DNA of 64,000 bases from the human T2T-CHM13v2.0 reference genome, Homo sapiens. The stretch lies in the NCBI RefSeq assembly GCF_009914755.1, contig NC_060930.1; one strand, written 5' to 3'. Position 1 is the stretch's first letter, and the number at the start of each line of letters is the position of its first letter. Below are positions 31,001 through 46,434 of this stretch, in pieces. The notes beneath the pieces are model-generated. The model had not been told where the DNA came from, did no database searches, and saw nothing but the letters and a program-made list of their open reading frames with translations. The position numbers and the translations under genes were made by a program.

Positions 31001-32214
31001 TGGTCTCAGCTCTGGACACCCTAGTACTTTAATTGATAATGTGTCTTCTGGTTTTTTGGTTTAGGATGTTTTGGCATAAATGAAAAAAAGCAAATCAGAA
31101 ACTTGTTTTATTCCAAGCAGCTGGGGGTGTAGATCTTGACTGTAATAGGCCACAAGGGTCCAGTTACACCAAGACCCTCAAAGAATTCCAAACCTTATTC
31201 AGACTGGGCATGCTCTAAGCCACCTGGTAAGGGTCACTCTGACACAAAACCTAGGATTCCTCTTGTTCCAGAATCCCTGAGCTTACCTTGGAGAAAGCAA
31301 GGGTGTGTGTGTGTGTGTATGTATGTGTGTGTGTGCACGCATGCCCATGCACACCCATTCCTCTTTAACTCTGCTTTCTTAGTCAATTGCAATATCCCGC
31401 CAAGGCCATGTTAACTCCTCCCTGCCTCTAATGTGGCTCTTTCCTACTTCCACCCAGTGCTTCTGCGACGTGGTTTATCTGCCTCCTTTACGGGAGACAG
31501 GGCATTTCAACTGGTACTAACCCTATCAACCATCCCTCCTCACCGGTCCACCTCCCCGTCGCCTCCTTCCAGCGGCATCTCCTCACCCTGCCTCATGCAC
31601 TGGGGCCACCTCTGCCAGCTTTCCATCATGCAGACACCTCCTCTCCCGCCTCTTTCTTCAGCTTCCTGCCTCTCCTTGGAGAAGACATCTCCTTCCTCCT
31701 GCCTTGTCTCCCCTGACCCCCACCATTCAGTGGTGATGATGGGTGTGGCCGTCCTTCCCTTTCAATTCCAGTCCGAGTTCTCTGCCAGTAAGTGGCCTCT
31801 CCCTATGCCACCCATGTAAATGACACTTATCAGAGTGTTTCTGCATCATACCCAGCCTGGCCACTGCCAGCGCTCACCCAAGCCTAACTCAGCACCTGCT
31901 CCCCTAGCAAATCACAACCTTTCCAAGATCCACCTCTCCCCAGGGGCCATCTTGTTCCCTAATAACCTCCAAATTTCTGATCTCTGTTCTCACAAGGTCC
32001 TTCAATTACTCAACCTCTTTATACAACTGGCAGCCCTTCAACCCTCTCCTGGCTATACCGCCAACTCATTCTCTCTGTAACTCACAGCCAGTGCTACTGT
32101 TGCCCTTATCAGAGCTCTGCATTCCTCCTACCAATGCCAGTATTTAGCCATGATGGCCAGGTCCCACTCTCCCATTGGTTATGAACTCCTGCCTTAAGAA
32201 CTCCTAATAGAGTC

Positions 32215-32562
32215 CACTGTGTTGGGAGTACTGGGTACCTGAGCTGTGTGGTGATACTGAGTTGGGGCGCTCCTGGGCACCACGGCCTCCTCAAGTCCAC
32301 ATGCAGGCCCCTGTGATGGGAGAGAGGCCTTGTAAAGACCCACTCTGCAAAGAAAGGGAATGAGGCAGACATGCCCTAGAGATGACAGAGCCTGGGCCAG
32401 TGCATGAGGAGCTGCCAGACAGCTTTCAGGTTCCCATGATGTCAGCCTCCACTTCCTCCTGTTGGGCTCCCCGTGGGTCCCCTGACACCCTACAACAAAT
32501 CCCACTTCACTTAAGCTAAGTAGGTTTTTGTTTCTCGCCACCAAGCCATCCTTGACTGAGAT
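32215..32562 (+). mobile_element. Old MaLR LTR (MLT1-type)
   Basis: ACAAATCCCACTTCACTTAAGCTAAGTAGGTTTTTGTTTCTCGCCACCAAGCCATCCTTGACTGAGATA is typical of an MLT1 3' end. Confidence 0.6.
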
Positions 32563-33855
32563 ACCTTCAACACAGCTGCGGGGTCGTCCCTCCCACCCAC
32601 TTGCTCAGTCTTTTCCCCTGCGGAATCTGCTTGCCTGTTTCTATTGATACAGGCACACACCACACAGAGCCTTAATTTTCACTTGAACAAATGCTGCCTG
32701 GCTTTGTCCCAAAGAGAACAAGAGGCAGCCCCATGACTTAATCACACAACAGGTGAGCCAGTCCGTGCCAACGTTTACACCAACTTGTCTCGGACCTGCT
32801 GGAGTTATCTGCCTGCCGGAGTTTCCTAACAAAAATCCTAATCACTGGCATTAAATTGTGGAATATCCCAGAAGTTTGCAGCACCCCGGCTCCACAGCAG
32901 CAGGAAGCACTCCGGCTTTGAGGGTAGAGTTGTATGCGGAAGGATGACCACAGGGTAAAATGTGTTCAAGCAAACATTCTTCATCTCAAATCACTTAGAA
33001 CTTCAGCAATAAGATGAATGGTTCCTATGGCAATGGATAAGCCCCAGGTGCCAGCAGAAGACTGTAGCTTTCTCAAAACTCCTTAGGACAAGGGTACCTA
33101 CTCTCTATCACCCCTGTGCACTGGCCACATTTCTTCTTTCAGCTTTGGTCAAAAGTAAATGTTCTCTTGCACATTTTATGACATTGTCTAGAACATTCTC
33201 TTCTGAGACAAATTCACTTCTTTTCCTCTTGGGGGTTTCTGAGTGTACGCTATCTCGTTGTTCCTAAAGATAGGATGCGCCTACAACAATTTTGGATTTT
33301 TCCTGTCCAGTGTTGCAGTTTGGGGGTATGGAAGGAGGTTGTTCCCATGTGTTTCGTTTGATTTGGATCATCCTGTCTTCCTCTCGCTCTCCCTTGCCCT
33401 TCACTCTTCCCAAGCTCCCATCCTGTCGTTCACGTTCAGATACGACACGAACCGTCACACAGCTTGTGGATGTGAATGCATCCTTTTAGCAGCACCTCTA
33501 AATGAAAGGGGCACACTCGGGGAAGCACTCAGTTCTAACAAATGGAAGGTGGTCTTCCCCGCTGGACAGAATAGACTGCTTTGAGAACCCAGGATCATGT
33601 TACACAGTGATGTCCACTGTGTATCCTTTCCTGCAGCCTGTCCTTTGAGGGGCCACACTTTGACATAAAGACTGGTATGCCACATTAGAAAGAGCAAAAA
33701 CATGTTCTCTATGTTCTTTTTTTAAAAAATTTTCTGGTTGATTCACAGAAGCAGTAATGACCATATGTATAGATATAGCTTCTATGGTACATATTTTTTA
33801 ATGTGAATAAGAAATAAAGTGATACTGATGGGAGCATGATTTGCATTACACATAT

Positions 33856-34225
33856 TGTCTTAGTCCATTTTGTGCTGCAATAACAAAATATCTGAGACTG
33901 GGTAATGTATAATAAACAGGAATGTATTGGCTCATGATTCTGGAGGCTGGGAAGTCCAAGATTGAGAAGCCAACATCTGGCAAGGCCTTCTTGAGTCATC
34001 CCATGGCAGAAGGCAGGTGGTAGGGGAGCCCTGACTTGTTTTTTTAATAAAGAACCCACTCCCAGGATAATGAACCCACTTCTGAGAAAATGGCATTAAT
34101 CCATTCATGAGAGTGGGGCCTCCACGACCCAAACACCTCCCATTAGGCCCCATCTACAAACATCACTGCATTGGGCTTCAAGTTTCCAACACATGAGCTT
34201 TAGGGGATATATTGAAACCACAACC
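33856..34225 (-). mobile_element. MaLR solo LTR (MST-type)
   Basis: TGTCTTAGTCCATTTTGTGCTGC ... GGAGGCTGGGAAGTCCAAGAT ... GGCATTAATCCATTCATGAG. Confidence 0.92.
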
Positions 34226-35599
34226 CTATCATGCTTGGTTTTATCATGATCACAAACAGGCACTGGCACTGTGCAAGGAAGAGAAAAGGCTGAGTGCATT
34301 CATAGGCACGTTTGGTTTAAGTGGCCGATGGTCCAGGCGCCATCTTGCTTCTCTACTCTCCACTGGGGGCCATGAGCTTTGTTTGCTACAACGTACTTTC
34401 CTTATTTGTAAATACATGGATTTTTATTTCCCATCTTGTATGCTGTATAGGCTTTCTCCTGTGATATTTAGGATTGTTTTTGCCCATTTTGATTAAACAA
34501 TTCAGTTTTAAGTTTTCAGTAACAAAATATATCAAATACCTTTACAATGGCAATGCCTGCAAAAAACAAATAATTTGTGGGAAAGTGTCTCCCTTTTTTA
34601 ACCATTGAAATAATTATTTTTTTATCAAGTTGACACTTAAGGAGCCATGAAAAAGAAATAATCATTTTTTAATTTAGATTTTCATAACCCAAGGTTTCTT
34701 GGGAATGTAGCCATGGCCTTATTGCAAAACAGAGCATACCATGAAATCTCAGTTATCCAGAACGGCATTTTCTAGTTAAGCAAACATTGGATGTACTATA
34801 TGCAAAGAAGACTAAGTTAGCAGTCAGGATACCTGACAATCTATCAGGGCATCACTGCCAGACAGAAATACTGCGTGCAGAGACTGTTCCTTTTGTTCTA
34901 ATTCTCTGTACGTCAAGCTACCACCTGCCCACGTCTCTGGCATAGCACAGCAAGATCAGCCCACTAGATGGAAGGGCCTTGGGCAAATGACTGGCCCTGA
35001 TTTTTAAGCCACGTTCCTTCCAGTGGAAAATAATTTCACTAACCTAGAAAGGTATTCCGAATTTATTAACTAAAATATTAGTTTTTCAAGTGTGCACCTC
35101 AGGATTGGATTAGGGAAGGAGGCTGAGGTGGCAAAGATAGATGCAGGAAGTACGAGGAGGCTGTTGTGATAATTCAGAGGTGAAGGTGGCTTGGACCAGT
35201 GCACTGAGGATAAAGAGAATTCGGATTAGGTGGGTTACAGATCATTGACATTTTCATATAGAATTAGGTTAAAAACCTTATTTGGGCTCAGGGACACTTT
35301 TTTTTTCAGTCAATTTGGTTAGCATGAGTCAGACCTTTGGTCAACATTTAACTGACCAAATCCAGTTTCAGGACCTAAGAATTCAATGGTTCCACTGGGA
35401 AAAAGCCCCAGGAAGGCTCTGCCTGTCGTAGACAACAGAAGTCTCCCTTACATTCCATTTCACATGTCTATATAGGTATATATGTACACACACACACGGA
35501 TGTATCGTAAAAGCCACAGAAGATTCACGTAAAATGTTTATGGACCCTGGATATACCTCACAGAAGAGTTTTCTGAATTAAGACTTCACAGAGGCAGTT

Positions 35600-36105
<506 letters not shown>

Positions 36106-37404
36106 CTGTTTGATTCATTTTGTTGGCTAAAAATAAAAAAATTATTTTGTGATTATTTGCACTCTACCTGCCCTCCTCTCTCTCCTGCTCCTGACCCACT
36201 TAGAGAAAGCATTAGGACCACCATCCTTTCCCCATTCTCTACCTTCCCCTCCCCTCTGCTTTGTCTATGTGGACACGGGGGTGAATCTGGGTCTCTTCAC
36301 ATGGGTTTCTGACAGGTGGTCCACTATAGAGGGAGATGGCCAGTAGGAGAGAAGAAAAGGGATTCACAAGGTCCTGCAAAATCACCAAGAACTGGGAAAG
36401 ATTCCATGTATCCCTTTCCTGCCACAGCCCAGATGGCAGTACTGTGACTTCCCTGTCCTTGACAGCAGTTCACCCATGACGCATGCCCATCTGATTTGTG
36501 GCCAGGTGCAGGGAACACACAGAAGAGGCCACTGACCCTCCCATCTGTCCTCCATTCTTGCCTCCAGACCCCTGGAGAATCAAAAACCATGGCCTCCAGG
36601 CTGTGAGGAAGATGAGCGCATCTCAGCCCAGGTGCTCCTCAGCAAGACGCAGGCTCAACGCTAAGAAAAACTGGCGTCCTCAACTCCTCCTGTCTTTAGG
36701 TTTTCTTAGGGGATATAAGATAGGACTCAGACCCACGTGCCTCAATATAAAATGTAAATTACCATTGGTCAATGGTTCCTCCATGTTAATCCTGGATAGA
36801 GGAATAGACCCAAACATGTGAAACCCTGGCCCTTAGAAGGAATAAAGCTTTGCACAGAGAACCATGACACAGAAAATGGGTCCCTGCCCAGAAGAGCTTA
36901 CAGACTAATACCTATAAGGGCAGAAGCAAAACAGGTTTTCCCCATACGGCATGTTGTTGAGATCTTGCTCTTAATGGTATAAATCTTTGTAAATCCTCCA
37001 GATTGAAAGATGAATTGAGGGAAGCGTGGTGTGTATAGCAGAAGGCATTTCAGCCGGCCTGTGGATAATGTGACAAGCCCAGGGACTCATGACCCGAGTA
37101 ACCATGTGGAGGGTCCTGCCAGGAGGGGCAGGTGCTACTACTGCTGAAGACTGTCCCTCCAGACTGTCCTCTCTGACACTGGCCACTAAGCCCAGGCAGT
37201 CGCCCAGCCCACGGCCCACCTCCATGCATCTGTCTCTATTTCCCAAGAAGAGTGTGCCAGATGCCAACTGGGTTATGCTGAGACTGAGCTTGACTTGTCT
37301 TGTTCCCAGTGCCCAACACCAAACTGGGCACACACAGTCCGTGCTCAGTATTGATGGCATGAAAAAAATGAATTAACTAATGCACTTGAGAAAACAGCCC
37401 CCAA

Positions 37405-37438
37405 GCCTAACCTTAAACCCTAACCTAACCCTAACCCT
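37405..37438. repeat. Short degenerate telomere-type (CCCTAA)n array
   Basis: GCCTAA CCTTAA ACCCTAA CCTAA CCCTAA CCCT. Confidence 0.7.
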
Positions 37439-38756
37439 TCTTTTTGAACTTTCATTACAGGACAAACATGAGAAGCATCCTTGGTCACTTTTACAAATGA
37501 GTATCTTCATTACATCACACTCTAAACATGATCACTGAGTCATAGTTCGTTCAAGTTGGAAGGAATCTCAGATATCTGCTAGCCTGGCCATTTCCTTTAA
37601 CACGAGAAATGTGATCAATTCCACCAGGCAGCGAATGTCTTAACTACTTGCCGACACAGGACCTTAGTAACCTGAAGACAAATAATGTCCACAAGGCAGC
37701 ATAAGGACCTCCCAAAATCTGGCCAGACCTGAGGGTGTTCATTAGAAGACCTTTACATTGTAAATCTCTATTTCATTGTAAACTCTACAAGATTTGGAAG
37801 TATATTCATGTGTGGGAACCAAATCAGCTAGAATTGTTTTTCAAATTATTAAGGTATACTCACAGCAAGCAATTCTTTTAAATTTAGCTGTCACTGAGGA
37901 ACTGTTATATGCAAGACTCTCCAAAGGTACTCTAGAGGGATGCAAAGGTGAGTTCAATATCGCTGCCCCCAGAGGCTCCTGATTGTATGCAGGCCAGACA
38001 AACATGTACCAACGATCCTGATACAAGGCAGACCACAGCACCTGCTGCAATAGAGAAACAAGGTTCAGAGGGAAAAATAACTTCAAGGACTTGGGCCCAG
38101 CAGCTGAAAAGGGAAGGAAGTACCTAGTCCTTGAGAGGCGGGTGGAAATCCAACAGGTACGTGGAAGAAGGCAAAGGCATACCGCATGAAGGAATCAGCA
38201 TTAGCTAAAGCAAGGGATAAATGGGAATCATTTTTTAAAATTTTACACCAACTGTATGTTGGACACTTTAGAAGTATAAATTCATTTATACTCACAACAA
38301 CCAAATAAATTAGGTATCACTGCTTCCATTTTTCAGAGGAGGGAACTGGACTTCGGAAAGATTAAAAATGTATCAAATGAGGGTCAGGAGTATATAACGC
38401 ATACGGGGCAAAGCCCAGATGTGAACCCCTGCAAGGCTGACTCCAATGCCAGGACTTTCTCCACTTCGCCGGCTGCCTCCCTGGGAGGGGGAGATGGCAA
38501 GGCATAGTTTAGGGACATTAGCTCCGTGTGGCTAGTTCATGGGGACAGGGGAACTCGGATGGTAAGGGGTTGAGAAAATGAGGAAGATGACAGAGAAAGG
38601 AGGGAGGCAGGAGGAAAACAAGATAAGAGCTTTGCTGCTGGTTGTTTTGTAAGATGAAGGAAACTAGAGAAAGTCTCAAGATTCAGGGCTCAGAGGAAAA
38701 GGAGGTTTAAGATGAGAAGAAGTGACAGCTGAGCAGGATCGCAGAGAAAGAAGAGA

Positions 38757-38928
38757 GACCAGGCACCGTGGCTCACGCCTGTAGTCCCAGCTACTCAGGA
38801 GGCTGGGGCAGGAGGATCATTTGAGCCTGGGAGGTCAAGGCTGCAGAGAGCTATGATTGCACCACTTCACTCCAGCCTGGGTGACAGTGAGACCCTGTCT
38901 CAAAAATAAAAATAAATAAATAAATAAA
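38757..38928 (+). mobile_element. Alu monomer (FRAM-like)
   Basis: Single monomer with right-arm insert and (TAAA)n tail. Confidence 0.9.
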
Positions 38929-40184
38929 GAGAAGGTTAGCAGCAAGGGTGGGGGCTTTAGCCTTAGAAAGAATAAGGAACATTTCTCCCCCAAAACAAAA
39001 TGAAAGAAAAAGAGAATGAGAAATTATCCCCATTAAAAAAAAAAAAAAGTCAGCAATCTCCGTAGTGGGGAGGGGTGGTTTGCTTAGCCAATGCAGTGAA
39101 GAGGTCTGTTCTGGAGAGGGGAACGAGCAGGGTCAGTTAGGGCTGGAGGAGAGTGGAAAAGATTTGGAGCAGCTGTCCTGGGAATCTGATAGGGAGCTAA
39201 AAACGGAGTCAGAGGACCATGCCTGAAGGCACTGGGAGCGTCCCCAGCAGGACTGGGCAGGGCGTCCAATTACTTTCGGGGCACAAATCTCTTCAGTGGA
39301 ATTCAGCACTTTGGGATCAGGAGTAGATGAAAGGATTGCCCAGGGAGACACAGGGGAAGGTCAAGAGGGTAAGAAAAGGGAGGTGCTTTTGAGAACTTTG
39401 CCAAATCATTTCACCACAAAGGGAGGGAGGGAGGGAACAGATGCAACCAGGACGGGTCCACAGTGCCAAACACAAGGAGGGGCTCCAGGGGCCGCGATAA
39501 AGGCGAAGAAGAGGCTTAGCAGGAACGAGTGAGTGGGACCCATGGAAGGACGGGGTGGTGGCTACAAAGCCATTTCCGAGATGGCCATCCGGAGGGTGGA
39601 GCCTCCTACGGGGTGTGGCTATGCAGAGTGGCAGAGACGCTGAGGGAAGGGGGTCACTGGGCTTGAAGGGGTCAGGTCAGCCAGGGAGAAGTAGGACCGA
39701 GGATCACAACCCTGAAGCCCTGCAGAGGAGGGTAGCAGGGGTGGGGCAGAATGAGGACCAGGCGCCGTGCGGAAGCCACCCACCAAGCTCACACAAGGGA
39801 TGTGGCTGAACATGTGCTGGGCAAACACTAGAGGGTGAGAGTGGGGCTGACTTAGTAAAAGGGACATGTGGCTTGATTTTTAGTGAAATACCATAGTGTC
39901 ACAACTAGTGCTGTCTCTGCCCCACGCCAAAAGGAAAAGTCAAGTGAAATAGGCTGGGTAGAATTCCCCCAGGGTAGGCAAAATGCTAGGAATCTGTACA
40001 GAGAGGGAGGCCAGAGGGAGTGAAGAAGGCACAGGGCACGGTATGGCGCACGGACGTCCTGGGTGGAAACCTACTAAGGCTGAGCTCTTGAGATTTAGAA
40101 AGTGTCTTCTTTGACCCTATGCCTTAAACAAAGCCAGCCCAGCCATCTATCCTGTGTCCAGAACTAACAGTAGAGGGCCTGTAG

Positions 40185-40533
<349 letters not shown>

Positions 40534-40653
40534 TAGGCAGGCGTCTTAACTGGCTCCTCTCCAATGCCTGCACGGGCCAGGTTCCAACCCCAGCCCCCGT
40601 GTTCACCCCTCAATTTGAGAACAGGTTTGACTCCACCTCATTTGACCTTGGTC

Positions 40654-40964
40654 TTCTCTTTTTTTCTTTTTTTTTTTTTTGAGACAAGGCCTTCCTCTGT
40701 TGCCTAGGCTGCAGTGCCGTGGTGCAATCATGGCTCACTACAGCCTTCAACTTCTGAGTTCAAGGGATCCTCCACCCTCAGCCTCCCCCAAGTTGCCAGG
40801 GCTACGGTTGCTCCCCGCTAAACCTGGCTAATTTTTTTTATTTTTTGTAGAGATGGGCTGTCACTGTGTTGCCCAAGCGATCTCAAACTCCTGGGCTCAA
40901 GCGATCCTCCCACCTCAGCCTCCCAAATTGCTGGGATTACAGGCTTGAGCCTCCATGCTCAGCC
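40654..40964 (-). mobile_element. Alu (AluJ-type)
   Basis: Diverged reverse dimer. Confidence 0.93.
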
Positions 40965-41499
40965 TAGTACTCTCTTGGACACAGTTTTAGACTCAATGAT
41001 AGCCTCCACCACCATCCCCTGCCAGGCCTTGCCCACTTCAAGACAGCATTTCATAACAACTAACATTTAGCACTGCTCAGTACATGCAAGGCATGGGCTA
41101 GAAAAGGCCTTGAAAGTCCTTCCGTTCCATTCCGATTCCTCCTATAACCTTTCCACCAAAAACTGACGCAATGCTGCTAGAACATCCCAGAGCCTGGGAA
41201 GTCACTCCTCCTGACACTGTCCATCTCACTGCAGAGTGAATGAATGGCTCTGCTGGAAACTCTTCGCTACTGAATCCTTGTTCTTTCCTCCACAGTCATG
41301 CAGAACAAGCGTCATTTCTTTCCCATCTGATAGGAATCTGAAGATGACCATCCTATCTCAACAAAGCCTCCTCCTTTCCAGGAGAAATACACCTCCAGGT
41401 CTTTACACTTCTGCTCGTGAGACACATCCTCAGGTTCTGTCCCCTGCCTGTTCCTCTTGCCCAAGTCCCTCTTAAGATGTGCTCCCTGGCATCACACAC

Positions 41500-41710
41500 G
41501 GCAAACACTTAGAGCACTGACTGTGCCAGCCACTTTCCAAGCCCGTAGCACATATTAACTTATTTAATCCTCATACTAATGCTATATGCTATTGGTACCG
41601 TTATGATTTGCATTTTACAGATGAGGAAACTGTGGCAGACGTGGAAAATAACTGGGCCAAGACTAGTACCAGTGGCAGAGATGAGAATCGAGTCCAGGCA
41701 ATCTGGATGC
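41500..41710 (-). mobile_element. MIR SINE
   Basis: CATTTTACAGATGAGGAAACTG. Confidence 0.85.
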
Positions 41711-41729
41711 ACTCAGAAGCCCCATGCTG

Positions 41730-41902
41730 ACCCTCAAGCTTGGCAGCCATTGGAATCACCCTGGGGAGTTCTAGAAACTCCCGAGCCTGGGATCCACCCC
41801 TAGAGATTCTGATTTGACTGCACCATGTATCATCTGGGCATCTGAACTTTTAAAATCCATCCAGGTGCTTCAAGTGAGCAGTCAAGAATGAGAACGACTG
41901 CT
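41730..41902. mobile_element. MER5B-like element
   Basis: TTGGAATCACCCTGGGGAG ... CCACCCCTAGAGATTCTGATTT ... TGAGAACGACTG. Confidence 0.75.
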
Positions 41903-42550
41903 CTCTGCTGTCAAGCTAACACATTCCCAGGGCAGTCTGGCTGGGGCAGAGTAGGGTTGCATTAGAGAGGAGTGATGGAAATTTCCAGGCTTCCCTGGAA
42001 GAGGCTAATGCAGGGACAGGCTCAGACACGGGTGACAAGAGCCAGCCTTGCAAGAGCGCTAAATAAACAGTGACTCGGGTGGTACGAGTCTAGAGGCTTT
42101 CTCAAAAAAGGAAAGTAAGAAAAAGAAGACACAGAATCCTCCCCTTATAGGATACTTGGCTTCAAGGGCTTCCTCTGGAAAGGACTTCCCCTGGTCACAA
42201 AGCCCACCTTGGGCACAGAGCCATCGCTTCCTCAGTCAGCAGCTGCCCGTCCAGTACCATCAGCACAGCTTCCTGATCGCCTTCCAAAGGCTAGAGGTGG
42301 ATGCAGCAGGGGTGCCAGCCCTTCCCATCCCACCCTCTCCTCTTTCCTGGTTCTGTGAATTAGAACAAGAAAGCACAGGGGCCAGTGGCTCCACAGGCTG
42401 AGGACAGGGCCTCTCCCATTCCCAATCGAACACAGTCTCCAGCCCTGCCTTCAAAGGGTATCTGAACTTGGGCCATCCCATGGTACCACTCTTCACTTTC
42501 CTATCTCTCTGCTGATATTCCCTCTTGAGCCTAAGCTTGGGTTATTGCTG

Positions 42551-42713
<163 letters not shown>

Positions 42714-43878
42714 TAAAGCACAAGGGTCTTTATCAGTTAAAGAGAAGCCAATCAGATATTCTCTGGTTGTGCTGGAAACTTCTGCATCTTTCAGTTCCTT
42801 GAACTCGCTCTCAGCCATCTGGGCCACAGTGTCAGGGCACAGGGTGAGGCTCTGACCTTGAACAGCTCCACGAAGGCTCAGTAGCCCTTTCCTCCTTTTC
42901 ACCATCCCCCTCTGCCATCCCTGGAAACCCAGACAGCCATGGCAACCTGAGCATGAATAAAAGAGAAACTACCCTCACCCCAAGCCCTATTAATACTTAA
43001 TGCCAACATCTGAATGCAAATTGACTTCACTTTTGTTTTATTCCCTTTCCTCCGTGCCCCTCTCTGATATAGAATGCCTTTCATGGAAGGCAGCAGCGGT
43101 CCTTCTGTTTGCTAGAAATAGGGAGTCAAGGTGGAGGTTCCTAGCACGGAGGAGAGAAGCACAAACAGGACTGCACATGGCTGGGGCAAACCCGGAAGTT
43201 CCAAACTGTATTTTTTAGAATCTTTCCAAATGAGAGTGCATCTCAGGGGCATTTCTTCTCTGTAGAGGTCACAGTGACTTGCTCAACCTGTGGGGGGAAT
43301 TTTGCAAACAAGGATAGAATATTGGTAGCCTGGAAGCTGTGAAAAATAATCTCCTTCTAAACCTGTAAATCCTCTCTTTTTCTACAGCTAAGAAAAGGCA
43401 GATGGTTCAGCAGACAGCTTTGTTCCTATCCTGCACAGTCTCTGAACCTGGCGCTTTTCTCGTCTGTGTGGCAAGACTAAGGCACAGAGGGTTTTAAAGG
43501 GGGTTCGGGGTATTAAGTTTTAAAAAGAGAGCAAGAAAGGCAAATGTTGATATAAAAATATTTAATTGTTTGGAATGGCAAAGAATCAGGTAGGTGCTTG
43601 AGAAATAAGAAAATTGTTAACACTGTGTCTGTAGTAATAGGGTGAAAAAAAAGAAAGAAAATTGAACAGATCTGGGGTATTTATTAATGAGTTACTTATA
43701 TTTCTGGTAAAAAGGTGAGGCTAGTGTAGAGTTCATTCACTATAAGGGTGTCTTAAATAGGGGTACTGGCCAGTGGCTCTATTTTTGCAGAGAGGAGTGT
43801 GATGACAAAGAAGGGGTCTTGAGCAAATGTCTACTTGCTGTTGGATGCATTTCATTTTCAGCCTCTCTGTGTTTGTAA

Positions 43879-44394
43879 ACACACACACACACACACAAAC
43901 ACATACACACCCACACACACAATACACACACACGCACACACACGCACGCACACACATGCACACACACACATGCATACACACAAATACACATACACACAAA
44001 TACACATGCACACATGCACACATACACATGCACACACATACACACATGCACACATGCACACATACACATGCACACACATACACACACATGCACATACACA
44101 CATGCACACATACACATACATACACACAAATACACATGCACACATGCACATACACACATGCACACACATACACACACATGCACATACACACATGCACACA
44201 TACACATACATACAAATACACATGCACACATGCACATACATGCACACATACACATACACGCACACACAATACACACATACACATACATACACAAGCACAT
44301 ACACACATGCACACATACACATACATACACATGTACATACATACACATACATACACACATACACACACAAATACACCCATACACACACATACGC
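43879..44394. repeat. Long compound (CA/CATG/CATA)n purine-pyrimidine tract
   Basis: About 515 bp of nearly continuous alternation; source of the long low-complexity ORFs. Confidence 0.97.
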
Positions 44395-45033
44395 AGGAGC
44401 TGTGAGAGTCAATCCCCACTCATGTGAGCGGTGTGAGTACCAACGACACAAGGAACTAGGGCCAGAGAATACGTCTGCTAACATAGTGTTTCCTAAACCC
44501 TCATGAACCGTCTGCGAGGACAAAGATGTCATAATTCTTTGGGAATTGTTTTCTAGATTGATGGGGGACATGTATAGTTCAGAGCAGAGATAAAAAGACA
44601 CAAACAGGCTAAATGGCACACCAAGCTCACACAACAAGTCAGGGGTGCAGCTGTGAAGAGAACCACAGTCCCCGAGGGCTCCTGGCTCACAGAGGACAAC
44701 TGCTCTGCTCGGGTATTAGGATGCGTTCACCCTCGATGATGATGGGCGTTCATAAGGAGGTGGGGACGACACATTACTCTCCAACTGTTCATCAGAACAC
44801 TTCAACAGCGACATCAGCTAGGAGAAGAAAACACAGCAAAGAGGGATAAAGCAAGGAGAAGAAAAAAATAGGGCAGAGTTGCACAAATTATTCTCAAATT
44901 GCTGGATGTAGAAATTAATTCTTAAAATCCCAACTAGAAAGTATAACCAGTAACAAAGGCTACGTAGGCAAACAGAAACTTAATTGACATGATTACTTGA
45001 TAATTTTTAAATGGGAAGTGAGAAAAAGAATAA

Positions 45034-45381
<348 letters not shown>

Positions 45382-45914
45382 CATAATAGAAATATTTTCT
45401 TTGTTGACATGTGCAAAATAAGGGTATTCAGTGGAAACCAAATGAAGCCTGAAAAAGAAAGATGCACCCTTGTTTCAATGGGTGATGCTTCCTTCTACTG
45501 GGGGCTCATTCTACAGCAACTCCAGGCTGAAGTGGTACCTGACTCAAGCTTTGAGAACCATGGAAACAAACAGCAAATGCTAACTTTATAAGGGCCTGTT
45601 TCCTCTGTTGTTTGAGTGAATCACACTGGGTCACTAGATACTATAATATTTGGAATTTTACATTATCAAAGCCTTGCATCTCCTCCACAGGATTGCCAGA
45701 AGAATTCATGAAATTAGACGGATTCATAGACAATTTTAAGTTTCTCATGTGAAAACAGTGTGAGAAATACAAGATGATAATCATAAAAATAACTGTGGCT
45801 AGGATGGAAAAGGTGGGCATTGTATGCAATTTGAAAAAGCCTTCTCAAGGTTATATTTATGTCAGGGATACTGGAAGTACTGTTTTGGGGATAAAACTAT
45901 AAAAAGTACAGTTC

Positions 45915-46206
45915 AGCTGGGTGTGGTAGTTCATGTCTGTAATCCCAATACTTTGAGAGGCTAAGGTGGAAGGATGACTTGAGCCCAGGAGTTCAAGACC
46001 AACCTGGGCAACACAGCAAGACCCCATCTCCACAAAAAATTAAAAAATTAGCTGAGTGTGGTGATGCACACCTGTAGTCCCAACTACTCAGGAGGCTGCA
46101 GTGGGGCCTCACTTGAGCCCAGGAGGTCGAGGCTGCAGTGAACTATGATCACACTGCTTCACTCCAGCCTGGGCAACAGAGAGAGACCCTGTCTCAAAAA
46201 AAAAAA
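45915..46206 (+). mobile_element. Alu (AluJ-type)
   Basis: Full dimer with A tail. Confidence 0.95.
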
Positions 46207-46434
46207 GTATATAAAAATAAAGAGCAAAATTTGACTGGTTCTTTTTGGCCGATAAGAGAGGAAGCCCAGAATATATTGGGATTCTTAACAGGAGGACAAG
46301 CCACTGTATCAGAGGCATACCAGAATCTGGAAGAGAAGGGGAGGGTGGATGACAAAGGACATATAAATTTTATATCTGCAAACTTCATATACATGTTTTA
46401 AAAGGTAAAAAAGCAAACAAGCAACTCCACCGAC

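Noticed and set aside
31440-32200. Pyrimidine-skewed block (with a purine-skewed counterpart at about 38470-39870)
   Set aside because: Probably degraded L2 body, but too diverged to call by eye
37961-37978. Possible CTCF site (also 28831-28846 and 48148-48165)
   Set aside because: Each mismatches key core positions; not supportable without ChIP data
43733-44637. Longest ORFs (190-259 aa; VC/MY-rich or HT-rich)
   Set aside because: All are translations of the stop-free CA/TG tract in several frames and both strands; no coding evidence
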